Of a stretch of DNA of 64,000 bases, positions 41,142 through 51,899 are shown one piece after another (positions within the stretch are counted from its first letter, which is position 1; each line of letters begins with the position of its first letter). Made by a program: the position numbers and the translations under genes. The DNA is from Desulfatiglandales bacterium (GTDB lineage Bacteria; Desulfobacterota; DSM-4660; Desulfatiglandales; HGW-15). The DNA lies in assembly GCA_963667015.2 (NCBI GenBank), contig CAXXJJ010000004.1, positions 96,001-160,000 of the forward strand, given 5' to 3'. The notes beneath the pieces are model-generated. The model saw nothing but the letters and a program-made list of their open reading frames with translations. It made no database searches and had not been told where the DNA came from.

Positions 41142-42614
41142 TTAATGAATCTTTTTCTTCTGTAATGTGTTGTATATCTCAATATATCTCTCTGCTGATT
41201 TTTTCCAGGAAAAATCCTCTTTCATGCCATTTACTACGATTCTTTTCCAAGCGGTTTTGTTATTATAAAGCCCAACAGCCTGTTTTATACACGCCAGCAA
41301 CTCCACGGAAGTAGCTTTGTTGAATTTGAATCCATTTCCTGCTCCGGTATCCGTGTCATACTGAAATACCGTATCATTCAAACCTCCTGTCGCCCTGACA
41401 AGAGGAACTGTTCCATATTTCAGTGCATACATCTGTGTAAGGCCGCATGGTTCATATCTTGAAGGAATAAGAAAGATATCTGAACCCGCCATTATTTTAT
41501 GTGCAAGGGAATCATTAAATCCTGTACCAATACCTATTTTCCCCCTATAAAGCTTTGCTGCATCCAGCATTGCTCCCTCAATGCTCCTGTCGCCCGAACC
41601 AAGGAGTACAAGACCCGCATCAAGAGCAATAACCTCATCCAGTATGTCCAGAAGTAGATCAAGGCCCTTCTGTTTATCGAGCCTCGAAACCATCCCAAAA
41701 AGTGGTCTGTTTTTCAGTGACGGGTCAAGGCCCATTTCTTCTAAAAGCCCTTTTTTGCACATGTTTTTTCCGGACATGTTTTTAACAGAATAGTTTCGGG
41801 GAATATACCTGTCTTTTTCAGGATTCCATACATTATAATCAACTCCGTTGATAATACCGAAAAGAGAATCCTTTTGATTGGCAAGAACTCCTTCCATGCC
41901 CATGCCGAATTCCGATGACTGGATCTCCTCTGCATAAGTCGGGCTTACAGTTGTGACTGCATCGGCATAGACAATGCCAGATTTTAGAAGGCTGAGATTT
42001 CCCCAGTACTCAAGGCCTTCCTGGTGAAAGAAATCGCTGCTCTTCAAGCCTGTTGCCGAAATTTTATGTCCGGGAAAGATGCCCTGATAGCCCATATTAT
42101 GGATTGTAAATATTACAGGTACACCGGAAAAGAATTTAACGCTGTACGGCCCCTTGAGGAGCGCCGGAATCAATCCTGTCTGCCAGTCATGGCAATGAAT
42201 TATATCCGGCTTAAAATTCAGGTGTTGACTGATTCCAAGTGCGGCATGGGAAAAAAAGGAGAAACGTTCAAGGTTGTCATAATAATCACCGTTTGAATCA
42301 CCATAAAGATTCGGCCTGCTGAAAAGGTCTTCCCGCTCGACAAAATATGTCGGGACACGTTTTTGCGATTTTGTCTCAAATATCTTTGCTGCAAGGGTAA
42401 TGTCGCCAACGGGTACAGTAAGCTCCTTTATTATTGGTGTTTTGTTCAGCATATTTTTCTTAACAACAGAATAAAGCGGCATGACAATCCTTACATCCAT
42501 GCCGGCTTCCTGAAGTGCGATTGGTAGAGCTCCGGACACATCTGCCAGACCGCCGCTTTTTGCGTAGGGGACTACTTCCGATGAAACAAAAAGTATTTTT
42601 AAACCGGATTTCAT
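41142..42614 (-). CDS. glgA: Glycogen synthase (ADP-glucose type)
   Basis: KSGGLADV, HCHDWQ, TIHN, SRL..QKG, EPCGL. Confidence 0.95.
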   Translation of the reverse strand: MKSGLKILFVSSEVVPYAKSGGLADVSGALPIALQEAGMDVRIVMPLYSVVKKNMLNKTPIIKELTVPVGDITLAAKIFETKSQKRVPTYFVEREDLFSRPNLYGDSNGDYYDNLERFSFFSHAALGISQHLNFKPDIIHCHDWQTGLIPALLKGPYSVKFFSGVPVIFTIHNMGYQGIFPGHKISATGLKSSDFFHQEGLEYWGNLSLLKSGIVYADAVTTVSPTYAEEIQSSEFGMGMEGVLANQKDSLFGIINGVDYNVWNPEKDRYIPRNYSVKNMSGKNMCKKGLLEEMGLDPSLKNRPLFGMVSRLDKQKGLDLLLDILDEVIALDAGLVLLGSGDRSIEGAMLDAAKLYRGKIGIGTGFNDSLAHKIMAGSDIFLIPSRYEPCGLTQMYALKYGTVPLVRATGGLNDTVFQYDTDTGAGNGFKFNKATSVELLACIKQAVGLYNNKTAWKRIVVNGMKEDFSWKKSAERYIEIYNTLQKKKIH

Positions 42615-42920
42615 TTGATCTCCACAGATTGATTAAAATAGTAGTTTTTATATAGAGAACCGAAAACCAAATCAAAATTATAAGAATCTATGAAATCCAA
42701 TCAAACCTGATTGTGGTAAACAATTCAAGTAATTTCGTACTTTTATAATAGACTTTAAAAGGAATAACTATTGTTATTGAACCTGTGTATATGATATAAA
42801 TTATGTTAAAATTCTATGAAAGTAAATAAACATAAAGATGTTATTCAAATATCTCTAATGAGCACAATAATGTATAACTTTTGTTTAATCTAATCTTTTG
42901 TATCATTTGGGAGAGGTGAA

Positions 42921-44186
42921 ATGAATTATAATACGGCACTCAGAGGATATACAGCAAAAAGAATTGAAGAAATTGAAACCGCTGATATATTGATGGGAAT
43001 ACCCAGTTATAACAATGAGAAAACAATAGCTCATGTTATCCAGATGGTAACCCACGGTCTGGCTACCCACTACAATGACAAACGTAGCGTAGTACTTATA
43101 GCTGATGGCGGTTCAACCGATGACACAAGAGAGGTTGCCAAGGAATTTGAAATCAAGCCATGGCAGGAAAAAATAGTATCAATATACAGGGGGCCCGGAG
43201 GAAAGGGGACTGCCCTCAGGTCGGTCTTTGAGGCTGCTAAAAGGCTCAATGTCAAGGTATGTGCCATGGTTGATTCTGATCTTAGGAGTATTACGCCCGA
43301 CTGGGTAAAATATCTTCTTGATCCCATCCTGAATCATGGATACCAGTACGTCTCACCAGTATATGTACGCCATAAATATGATGGAACAATTACCAACAAT
43401 ATAGTTTACAACCTGACAAGGGCCCTCTATGGAAAAAGAATCCGACAGCCCATTGGAGGGGATTTTGCCATATCAAATGATGTAGCCAAATTTTACACGG
43501 AACAGGATGTATGGGATACCGATGTCGCAAGGTTCGGAATTGACATCTGGATGACTACCAGCGCTGTAACCCAGGGCTTCAAGATATGCCAGTCTAATCT
43601 TGGTGTGAAAATTCACGATGTAAAGGATCCGGGACAACACCTGGGGCCGATGTTCAGGCAGGTATTATCCGCCCTTTTTTCCATGATGGAAAGATATGAG
43701 AGCAACTGGAAAGGTGTTAGGGGAAGTGAAGCACTGGAACTCTTCGGTTTTGAGGGTGCAATGGAACCTGAACCAGTTAATGTGAATCTTGAATTAATGA
43801 TAAATCTGTTTAAAACAGGCTATGAGCAGTTTTCATCCCTCTGGCAGAATATTCTAAGTAAGTCAAGTTTTGAGCAGATTACAGAAACTTCAAAAATGGA
43901 TTCCAAAAATTTTCATTTATCCACAGAGGCATGGGTTGAAATATTATATGAACTGGCAGCAACATATCACCTGTGGGATGTAAACAGAGAAAAACTGCTC
44001 GATATGATGACCCCTCTTTATTTTGGCCGGGTGGCTTCCTTTGTAAGGCAAAGCTGGGAAATGTCATCAATTGAAGCGGAAAGCCTCGTAGAAGATCAGG
44101 CTGTTAAATTTGAGAACCAGAAAGACTATCTCATTAAAGTGTGGGATAAAAAATCTGAAGAAAAGCTGATACATAACAAAAAATGA
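42921..44186 (+). CDS. GT2 glycosyltransferase, glucosylglycerate/mannosylglycerate synthase-like
   Basis: GIPSYNN, DGGSTD, GKGTA, DSDLRS, RHKYDGTITN, RQPIGGDF, FGIDIW, KIHD. Confidence 0.75.
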   Translation: MNYNTALRGYTAKRIEEIETADILMGIPSYNNEKTIAHVIQMVTHGLATHYNDKRSVVLIADGGSTDDTREVAKEFEIKPWQEKIVSIYRGPGGKGTALRSVFEAAKRLNVKVCAMVDSDLRSITPDWVKYLLDPILNHGYQYVSPVYVRHKYDGTITNNIVYNLTRALYGKRIRQPIGGDFAISNDVAKFYTEQDVWDTDVARFGIDIWMTTSAVTQGFKICQSNLGVKIHDVKDPGQHLGPMFRQVLSALFSMMERYESNWKGVRGSEALELFGFEGAMEPEPVNVNLELMINLFKTGYEQFSSLWQNILSKSSFEQITETSKMDSKNFHLSTEAWVEILYELAATYHLWDVNREKLLDMMTPLYFGRVASFVRQSWEMSSIEAESLVEDQAVKFENQKDYLIKVWDKKSEEKLIHNKK

Positions 44187-44200
44187 TCAAGGAGTAGTAA

Positions 44201-44623
44201 ATGTTTAAGAATATTCTTGTTCCCACCGATCTGACTGATAAGAGTGTTAAAGCCCTGGAAATTGCCGTTGAAATGGTAAAAGATACACATTTTTTCATAA
44301 CCCTTCTTCATGTTGTTGAAACAATCGATGATGATGAAGGAGAAGAGGAATTCCAGGATTTCTACAATAAGCTTGCGGATCGTGCAGGAAAAAAGATGGC
44401 CGAACTGGCAGATAGATATTGTTCTGATAAAATCGATATTCATACTGATATTATTTACGGTAAGCGTGTGCCTGAAATTGTAAAATATGCTGCCTCAAAA
44501 AACATTGACCTTATAATCCTCAGTTCCCATAAACTTGAAGATATGGAGTCAATGGATGGCTGGGCAACAATAAGCTACCGTGTCGGCATACTTGCATCAT
44601 GTCCGGTCATGATGGTGAAATAA
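44201..44623 (+). CDS. Universal stress protein
   Basis: FKNILVPTD, LLHV, IDLIILSSH, CPVMMVK. Confidence 0.88.
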   Translation: MFKNILVPTDLTDKSVKALEIAVEMVKDTHFFITLLHVVETIDDDEGEEEFQDFYNKLADRAGKKMAELADRYCSDKIDIHTDIIYGKRVPEIVKYAASKNIDLIILSSHKLEDMESMDGWATISYRVGILASCPVMMVK

Positions 44624-45084
44624 TGTCGGGAAATCACAAAGGAAACTTTTTTTATAGAAATATGTTTGCCAGAGTCATCCTGTGTATTGCAGTGACATTG
44701 GCTCTGGTTCATATTGTTTGCCTTGCGGAGGATAATCTTTCACCGGCAAAGGTTCCTCCTCCTGTGCTGAAAAAGGCTGTTCTTTGTGAAAAGGTCCTTA
44801 ACAGTACCAGGCCCATCAATGAAGGTGTTGTTTTTTCGGCAAGCCTTGGCCGACTGGTATGCTTTACATATTTTGAACCCGTGTATGAAGAGACAGTCAT
44901 ATACCATAAATTTTATTTTAAGGATAAATTGAGCTCCAAGTTTAAACTGGCCCTTGATCCTCCGCGCTATGCCCAAAAAAGCATTATATATTTGAGGGAA
45001 AGTGATAAGGGACCCTGGCGGGTTGAAATAACCGATGCTGATGATAACATATTCAGCACTATTCGATTCAGTATAACAGACTAG
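44623..45084 (+). CDS. Exported DUF2914-like protein
   Basis: Signal-like helix; CFT...IYH...GPWRVEI; TAATG coupling to the USP gene. Confidence 0.6.
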   Translation: MSGNHKGNFFYRNMFARVILCIAVTLALVHIVCLAEDNLSPAKVPPPVLKKAVLCEKVLNSTRPINEGVVFSASLGRLVCFTYFEPVYEETVIYHKFYFKDKLSSKFKLALDPPRYAQKSIIYLRESDKGPWRVEITDADDNIFSTIRFSITD

Positions 45085-45089
45085 TTAAT

Positions 45090-46535
45090 ATGCCAGAGAA
45101 TTTTTTTAATACAATCAGGTGGCAAGATGTTTTTGATATCCTGCTGATGAGTTATATTCTATTCAGGCTCTACGTCCTGTTTAAGGGGACCAATGTATTC
45201 CGCGTTCTTATGGGCCTGGCAGGTTTATGGTTTTTTCAGAAAATCGCGGTTTCCATGGGTTTAATTGTATCAAGCTCGGTGGTTCAGTCTTTTACTGCTC
45301 TTGCTCCAATAATAATAATTGTCATTTTCAGAAACGAGATAAGGTCGGTCCTTCAGGCAAAAAATTTCAGGGTTATATTCTGGGGAGTCCCTCGTTATGA
45401 AATTGAGACCCCGGTAGATATTATAGCAGAAAGTATGTTTGAGATGGCAGCAAAAGGAACCGGCGCTATTATAGTTATTCCCGGGAAGGAAGATATTTCC
45501 GATTCTGTTCACAGCGGTATCAGATGGGATGGCAGGATCTCAAAGGAAATGATTCTAAGTGTCTTCTGGCATGAAAATCCTGTACATGACGGGGCAGCTA
45601 TTGTAATGGGCAATAGAATTGTCCAGGTAGGGGCGGTCCTTCCACTTTCCCACAGAAAAGATATTCCATCTTATTACGGTATGCGTCACAGGGCTGCAGC
45701 CGGTCTCGCGGAAGCTACTGATGCTATGGTGATATTATCATCTGAAGAACGAAGAGATATTATCATCGCCAAATCCGGGAATATTACCCGCATAAAAAGC
45801 AAAACGGAGTTGTCTTCTCATATCAACAGTCACCTTGAAATACCTGAGAAAGAGCCAAACGACAAACGAAAACTGAATTTTGAGCTTGCCATGGCTGCAC
45901 TTGTTTCGCTGTTTTTTATTACAGGCATATGGCTCAGTTTTACCCGGGGAATAGATACATATATTACGCTGGAGGTTCCTATCCAGTATACAAACAGCAA
46001 CCCGGAAATGATTGTTGTGGATACATCTATTAAAAATGTATCCCTTGATCTTAGCGGTTCGGGTAGGCTTCTGAAAAGCCTTACCCCCGGTCAGGTCAAG
46101 GTAGGTATTGATCTGGGGGGCGGTGAAATTGGAAGGAACGTTTATAATATTACAGATGCAAATATTTCATTGCCTCCGGGCGTTTTATTACGAAATACGA
46201 CACCGTCATCTGTTGATATTATTCTCGATAAATTAACCAGGAAGAGTGTTCCGGTACAGGCCGACTGGAAAGGAACACCTGCTTCCGGTATCATGATAAC
46301 TGGTGTTTCTTTTAAACCAGAATTCGCAATAATCAGTGGCCCCAGTTTAATACTTAATGAAATATCTACTGTTTATACCGACAAGATTCCTCTTGCGAAT
46401 ATCATGCAAAGCGGAAAAATGGATGTTAACCTTGATCTGAATAATAAAGTAAAAATAGAAAACAGCGTTAACGGGAAATTTACCATGGAATATCTTGTTG
46501 AAAAACGAAAAGCCGTAGATGCTGACCAATCCTGA
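45090..46535 (+). CDS. cdaA: Diadenylate cyclase (CdaA/DacA) fused to YbbR/CdaR-like domains
   Basis: Three TM; PVHDGA and GMRHRAA motifs; SEE; further TM and two YbbR-like repeats. Confidence 0.88.
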   Translation: MPENFFNTIRWQDVFDILLMSYILFRLYVLFKGTNVFRVLMGLAGLWFFQKIAVSMGLIVSSSVVQSFTALAPIIIIVIFRNEIRSVLQAKNFRVIFWGVPRYEIETPVDIIAESMFEMAAKGTGAIIVIPGKEDISDSVHSGIRWDGRISKEMILSVFWHENPVHDGAAIVMGNRIVQVGAVLPLSHRKDIPSYYGMRHRAAAGLAEATDAMVILSSEERRDIIIAKSGNITRIKSKTELSSHINSHLEIPEKEPNDKRKLNFELAMAALVSLFFITGIWLSFTRGIDTYITLEVPIQYTNSNPEMIVVDTSIKNVSLDLSGSGRLLKSLTPGQVKVGIDLGGGEIGRNVYNITDANISLPPGVLLRNTTPSSVDIILDKLTRKSVPVQADWKGTPASGIMITGVSFKPEFAIISGPSLILNEISTVYTDKIPLANIMQSGKMDVNLDLNNKVKIENSVNGKFTMEYLVEKRKAVDADQS

Positions 46536-46573
46536 AGAGAAAAAACTTAAAATATTTCCAACCGGAGAAGTAA

Positions 46574-47989
46574 ATGAAAAAATCTATTACGAAAACAAAA
46601 ATCGTCTGCACTATAGGACCATCAAGTGATTCCCCTGCTATTATTAAAGAACTGATACTTTCCGGTATGAATGTAGCCAGACTTAATTTTTCCCATGGCA
46701 GGCATTCTGAACATGGAGATAAAATCCAGATCATCAGGCAGTTATCAAAGGAACTTGATAGACCTATTGCCATATTGCAGGATCTTGCAGGCCCCAAAAT
46801 AAGAACAGGCATAATTCCTGATCCGGGTATAGAGCTTTCTCCCGGTAATACACTGATTCTAACTACCGAAAAGGTGGAAGGCGGCAATAATAGAGTGAGT
46901 GTATCAGATCCTGAGCTTCCTGATGTGGTTAAACCTGGAGACAGGATTCTTCTTGCAGACGGATTGATGGAATTGAAGGTTCAGGATATTCTTTTAAAAG
47001 AAATACACTGTGAAGTTATTACCGGTGGAATACTGACTTCCAACAAAGGAATTAATCTTCCCACTCGCAGCATTCGTATGCCTTCAATGACGCCGAAGGA
47101 TCATGACGATCTGAAGTTTGGCCTTGAAATGGGTGTTGATCTTGTTGCTCTTTCTTTTGTGCGAAATGCACAGGATGTAATTGATGTTAAGAATATTATT
47201 CAGAAAAGTAAAAGAACAGTTCCTGTCATTGCTAAAATTGAAAAACATGAAGCCATAGATAATATAAGAGAAATACTTGATGTCTCGGACGGATTGATGG
47301 TTGCAAGAGGAGATCTCGGTGTTGAGATCCCCCTTGAAAGGGTGCCTGTTATACAGAAACAGCTGATACGTATGGCAAACGAGGCTGGTAAACCCGTAAT
47401 TACAGCGACTCAAATGCTTCGCTCAATGGTTGACTCTCCCCGGCCAACAAGAGCAGAAGCTGGCGACGTTGCCAATGCAGTTCTCGACGGCACTGATGCG
47501 GTAATGCTTTCGGAAGAGACTGCTTCGGGCAATTACCCTGTAAATGCCGTACGACATATGTCCAAGATAGCGGGGTATGCCGAAATAATATATCCCCATG
47601 AAAAATTTATAAAAGCTGTACCCGGTAATAAAACCTACGAATCGGTAGCATATTCTGCCTGTGTACTTGCCCAACAGATCAATGCCTCCGTAATTATTGC
47701 TCCTACACGTTCAGGACGGACTGCGACTCGAATATCAAGATTCAGGCCCAGCTGTCCTGTTATTGCCATGTCTCCCAATATTGATGTTGTAAGATGGCTT
47801 TCAATCTTTTTCGGGTGTAATGCCTTTCTTATTCCTGAAATAGGAAGGTCCGGAAATATGATAGACGAGTTTTCACATTTTGCCCTTAAAACGGGAATCG
47901 TAGAAAAAGGTGATCTTGCTGTTATAACAGCCGGTGTTCCCGGAGGATATGAGCAGGCGACTAATATGATTGAGGTGGTTAGAATATAA
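46574..47989 (+). CDS. pyk: Pyruvate kinase
   Basis: KTKIVCTIGP, RLNFSHG, AKIE, MVARGDLG, ATQML, PTRAE. Confidence 0.96.
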   Translation: MKKSITKTKIVCTIGPSSDSPAIIKELILSGMNVARLNFSHGRHSEHGDKIQIIRQLSKELDRPIAILQDLAGPKIRTGIIPDPGIELSPGNTLILTTEKVEGGNNRVSVSDPELPDVVKPGDRILLADGLMELKVQDILLKEIHCEVITGGILTSNKGINLPTRSIRMPSMTPKDHDDLKFGLEMGVDLVALSFVRNAQDVIDVKNIIQKSKRTVPVIAKIEKHEAIDNIREILDVSDGLMVARGDLGVEIPLERVPVIQKQLIRMANEAGKPVITATQMLRSMVDSPRPTRAEAGDVANAVLDGTDAVMLSEETASGNYPVNAVRHMSKIAGYAEIIYPHEKFIKAVPGNKTYESVAYSACVLAQQINASVIIAPTRSGRTATRISRFRPSCPVIAMSPNIDVVRWLSIFFGCNAFLIPEIGRSGNMIDEFSHFALKTGIVEKGDLAVITAGVPGGYEQATNMIEVVRI

Positions 47990-48023
47990 ATGACTTTTTT
48001 CAAAGGGGGTAAAGGAGGAAAAA

Positions 48024-49223
48024 ATGTCAGATAATTCGAAAAAAAAAGGTGTTATTGCAATACTTACAGGTGGAGGGGATGTCCCTGGTCTGAATCCGGC
48101 TATCAGAGCCATAACAATCAGGGCCATCAGGGAAGGTTATCAGGTGATTGGCATCCGGCATGGATGGCAGGGGACAATAGATATTATTCCTGATAAGGAT
48201 GTCGATAACTCAGATCATTACCAGGTACTTACCGAAGAAATAGTCAATAAGGCGGGTAGAACTGGAGGGACGTTTTTACACACTTCCAGGGCAAGGCCAA
48301 GCCATGTTAAAAAGGAAAGCGTACCAGATCATTTAAAAGACAAGTATACGGAAGAAGTTAATGACCTGACTCCCGAAGTTCTGAAAAATCTTGATTTTTT
48401 GGGCGTTGATTATCTGATTCCTATCGGTGGAGATGATACATTAAGCTATGGAGTAAGGCTCTATCAGGAGGGGGTAAAGGTCGTAGCAATTCCAAAGACA
48501 ATGGATAATGATGTCCCGGGAACTGATTACTGTATTGGTTTCAGCACCTGCGTTACCAGGACCATATCAATGACAAACAGTCTTCGTACATCTGCCGGGT
48601 CTCATGAAAGATTTCTGGTGATGGAGGTATTCGGGCGTTATGCAGGTTATACGGCCATGCTTCCTGCAATGGCCGGCGCTGCAAACAGGTGTGTCATTCC
48701 CGAACATAAATTTGATATTGAACTTTTGACTGAACTTCTGACTCAGGACAGGAATAAAAATCCAAGTCGCTATTCAGTTGTTCTTGTCTCTGAAGGTGCC
48801 ATGTTTGACGGCGGTGAGATGATTTTTCAGGAAGCCAGGACCGATGCCTATGGGCATAAAAAGCTTGGAGGAATTGGAGACCTTGTATCTTCAGAACTCA
48901 GAGAACGTTCCGCAAAATATAACAACGGAAGGCCGATTGAAATAATCAACCAGAAACTTGGTTACCTTGTAAGGGGCGGGGACCCTGATGCCATTGACTC
49001 GATTGTTCCAATGGCATATGGGAACCTTGCACTGGATCTTATTCTTGATAAGATACACGGTCGTATTGTGGTGCTGAAAAACGGAAGGTATGACAATATG
49101 CCTATTGAAGTTGTAACAAGTTCAAAAAAACTTGTAGATGTTGAAAAACATTATGACACTAAAAGATTAAGGCCTTTATATAAAAGCTTTGAAATGAAAC
49201 CTCTTTTTATTATGACTAATTAA
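48024..49223 (+). CDS. pfkA: 6-phosphofructokinase (PfkA family, mixed-substrate-like group)
   Basis: TGGGDVPGLN, GGDDT, PKTMDND, EVFGR. Confidence 0.9.
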   Translation: MSDNSKKKGVIAILTGGGDVPGLNPAIRAITIRAIREGYQVIGIRHGWQGTIDIIPDKDVDNSDHYQVLTEEIVNKAGRTGGTFLHTSRARPSHVKKESVPDHLKDKYTEEVNDLTPEVLKNLDFLGVDYLIPIGGDDTLSYGVRLYQEGVKVVAIPKTMDNDVPGTDYCIGFSTCVTRTISMTNSLRTSAGSHERFLVMEVFGRYAGYTAMLPAMAGAANRCVIPEHKFDIELLTELLTQDRNKNPSRYSVVLVSEGAMFDGGEMIFQEARTDAYGHKKLGGIGDLVSSELRERSAKYNNGRPIEIINQKLGYLVRGGDPDAIDSIVPMAYGNLALDLILDKIHGRIVVLKNGRYDNMPIEVVTSSKKLVDVEKHYDTKRLRPLYKSFEMKPLFIMTN

Positions 49224-49655
49224 ATATTTTCCCCATACCCACCCTGTCATCTCATTGTGAAAAAGAGAGGGAGGGTCCGTTAAATACAAATAACGGTTTT
49301 CACAATGAGAAGACCAACTCAATATTTTATCTGCCAATCCTTCAACTGGCGGAATATAATTTTTAAATTTTCATTAAGATAAAAATGTTTTCTTAAATAA
49401 CTAAAACAGGAATTGATTGAATAAACAGACTGATAATTTTCTTTTACTTAAGTAATAACTTATATAAAGTAAATTATTAATAAAATAAGAGGCTGATTTT
49501 TCGAAAAAATAAAAATAATATCGAACAGATGTCTTGTAAATTAGATTATTTTGTGTCAATCTGTCAAATACTTAAAGGTGTTTCATTAAAATATTATGTT
49601 AAGTTGAAAACCTAATTATTTTAAAATAAAAGATTGAAATATGGGTGGAGAAAAT

Positions 49656-51899
49656 ATGAAAACTAAGAATATTTTAGATGAAACAGATAAAATCAAAAGA
49701 GGTCTGCTGGCAGTATTTCCAAATCAGGAATCATTCAGAGAATTTATTGATGATAACCGTATGAAGACTGACCGTTTTATAGATATTGCCCGAGAGTATA
49801 GTATCATCGGTCCGGATGATGGTGAAAGGGCTTTTGAGTTTTTTATCCTTGAAAACTCATTGAATTCGGATGATTGTGTTCCGCCTGATGATTTAAATCT
49901 TGGAGAACTGCTTGAGGATAAAGATAAAATAAAAAATTCTGTGCGTGGTTTAACAGGGTGGATTAATGATCTTGTAGAAAAATTCAATCTGGGCAGCCTT
50001 ATTCCTTCGGGTAAGGTAAGCAATGTTATGTTAAGCAGACTGCAAAGAGAGCCTGCAAACACTGTTAATAAAAGAAACTGCCTTAGACTGCTTGCATTCT
50101 GGTTTGGATACAGCAGAGGAAATCTCGGTAGTATCTGGAATTATGAAACCCTGGTAAAAATGTGCCCGGTGGATATCGGAACCAGAAGTAAAAGGGGTGT
50201 GAGGATTGCCTTTGACCTCTATAGTCGGGGTGATGTAATTGAATCATCATCTGTTAACTGGTTAAAGGCGGAGTTACTTCGATGTATAAAGGATCTTTCT
50301 CTTACTAACAGAAACCGGTTTCACTCATTCAGTACTACCTCATTTTATCTTGATATACCTAATGATAATATGTCCGAAGAGAGTATCGACCATCCCCGAT
50401 CCTATGGAAAGGCGATTAAAGATGCCCTCTCTATCGCACACCAGATATCGGTAAGGTGGTCACTTTCAAAACACAGCACAACAAGGAGATGCCTGACCAT
50501 AGCAATAGCTGCAGGTGAGCTCGCAAATCTCGATATCTATCTCCAGTCAATTATCAGGACAAAGTTATCTGTCGATTCCGTAATCAGGCTAACTGATTTC
50601 GCCCATCTGTGCGTTCTGGTAAATGATATCAGAACGGTTTTCTGTGAGAAGCCAAAGGAAATTGAGATTTCTACAGGTGAAGCAGTATCCATATGGTGGG
50701 TTATGGGATTATGGAATACCAATTTTTGGGATCTTATTCCTGGCCTTCTTGAAGATCCTGCCCTTCAGATGGAAGCGAAGACTGATCAGAAATTTATGAA
50801 AATGTTATGGTTTGATGATGTAGCTTCTGAAACGACAGGTGAAAGAGGATCAAATGCGGTTGCATCTTTTTTAAAGACACCTCAGAATTCATTTCTCGGC
50901 CTTGAAATTGCCCGTACCCTGTATTTTAGAAGAAGATTTCTTGCTGCAGACGAAATCTTAAGAATTATCCTCAGTGCTGATCCTGCTAATCTTCCGGCTA
51001 GAAATCTGAGGATGGAAATTTACTGGATATTAGGTATTGAGGCTAAATCCTATTCCATATCAAATATACATTTCAGACAGGCTGAAAAGGAAGCTGCTCT
51101 CATCGATGAGATTTGTACAACCAAAATTGAAGACTTTTTTTGTGAATATGGTCTTGGTAAAATGGGGCAGGCACTCACTATCCTGAGGCGGGTTAGACAG
51201 GGAAGAGGGGAGTATAAAGAAAAAGAATTCATGTTAGGCCCGGATGATGTCTTCAGAGTTCTGGATGAGGCGCAGAGTCTCTTTGAGATGGGCATGTCTC
51301 TGAGTTCACGGGGACACAGATCCTACTACTTCCTTCTCTTTACATTAAGCCTGAAAAGAATCCTGCATGCATATGGAGAGATATTTAAAGATCCTGAAAT
51401 GCCGCTTACCGACAAGGGTAGCCATGTGACCGGGACTGCTAAAGATGTATTTTATGCCATTGGCTGGCTCAATAAAGAAAAAAGTATTAAAGATCAGTAT
51501 TCCGATTTTGTTAATTTTTTAGGTAATGCCGTGTCCAATTATGGTGAATCCATACTTTTAAGTACATCACTTCCAAACACCAGGTTTTCTTTTGCTTCAA
51601 TACTTTGGGATTTTTCGCCGATTCTTAATGTCGGGATTGCAAAAACCGTCTTAAAATTTATGTATGAAGCCAAGCGAATGACTTTAGCTCTTAATGATAA
51701 GAGTTTATGCCTGTTTTCTACGGTCAGGTGTCACAGGGATATCATGCTTCCTGATGCTTTTCTGGCCTGTGTACAAAAGACAATCAACAGGATTGAAGAG
51801 AAGATCGGTACAATGGAACAGTTAGGCAAACAAAAAAATGAGGAAATAATTGATCCGGCAGTTCTGGATGGCCTTAAATTGTTTTGCCTGAATATCTAA
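49656..51899 (+). CDS. Hypothetical protein with possible degenerate class III cyclase fold and TPR-like helices
   Basis: About 747 aa; GVRIAFDL, LTIAIAAGE, VIRLTD; helical C-terminal half. Confidence 0.6.
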   Translation: MKTKNILDETDKIKRGLLAVFPNQESFREFIDDNRMKTDRFIDIAREYSIIGPDDGERAFEFFILENSLNSDDCVPPDDLNLGELLEDKDKIKNSVRGLTGWINDLVEKFNLGSLIPSGKVSNVMLSRLQREPANTVNKRNCLRLLAFWFGYSRGNLGSIWNYETLVKMCPVDIGTRSKRGVRIAFDLYSRGDVIESSSVNWLKAELLRCIKDLSLTNRNRFHSFSTTSFYLDIPNDNMSEESIDHPRSYGKAIKDALSIAHQISVRWSLSKHSTTRRCLTIAIAAGELANLDIYLQSIIRTKLSVDSVIRLTDFAHLCVLVNDIRTVFCEKPKEIEISTGEAVSIWWVMGLWNTNFWDLIPGLLEDPALQMEAKTDQKFMKMLWFDDVASETTGERGSNAVASFLKTPQNSFLGLEIARTLYFRRRFLAADEILRIILSADPANLPARNLRMEIYWILGIEAKSYSISNIHFRQAEKEAALIDEICTTKIEDFFCEYGLGKMGQALTILRRVRQGRGEYKEKEFMLGPDDVFRVLDEAQSLFEMGMSLSSRGHRSYYFLLFTLSLKRILHAYGEIFKDPEMPLTDKGSHVTGTAKDVFYAIGWLNKEKSIKDQYSDFVNFLGNAVSNYGESILLSTSLPNTRFSFASILWDFSPILNVGIAKTVLKFMYEAKRMTLALNDKSLCLFSTVRCHRDIMLPDAFLACVQKTINRIEEKIGTMEQLGKQKNEEIIDPAVLDGLKLFCLNI

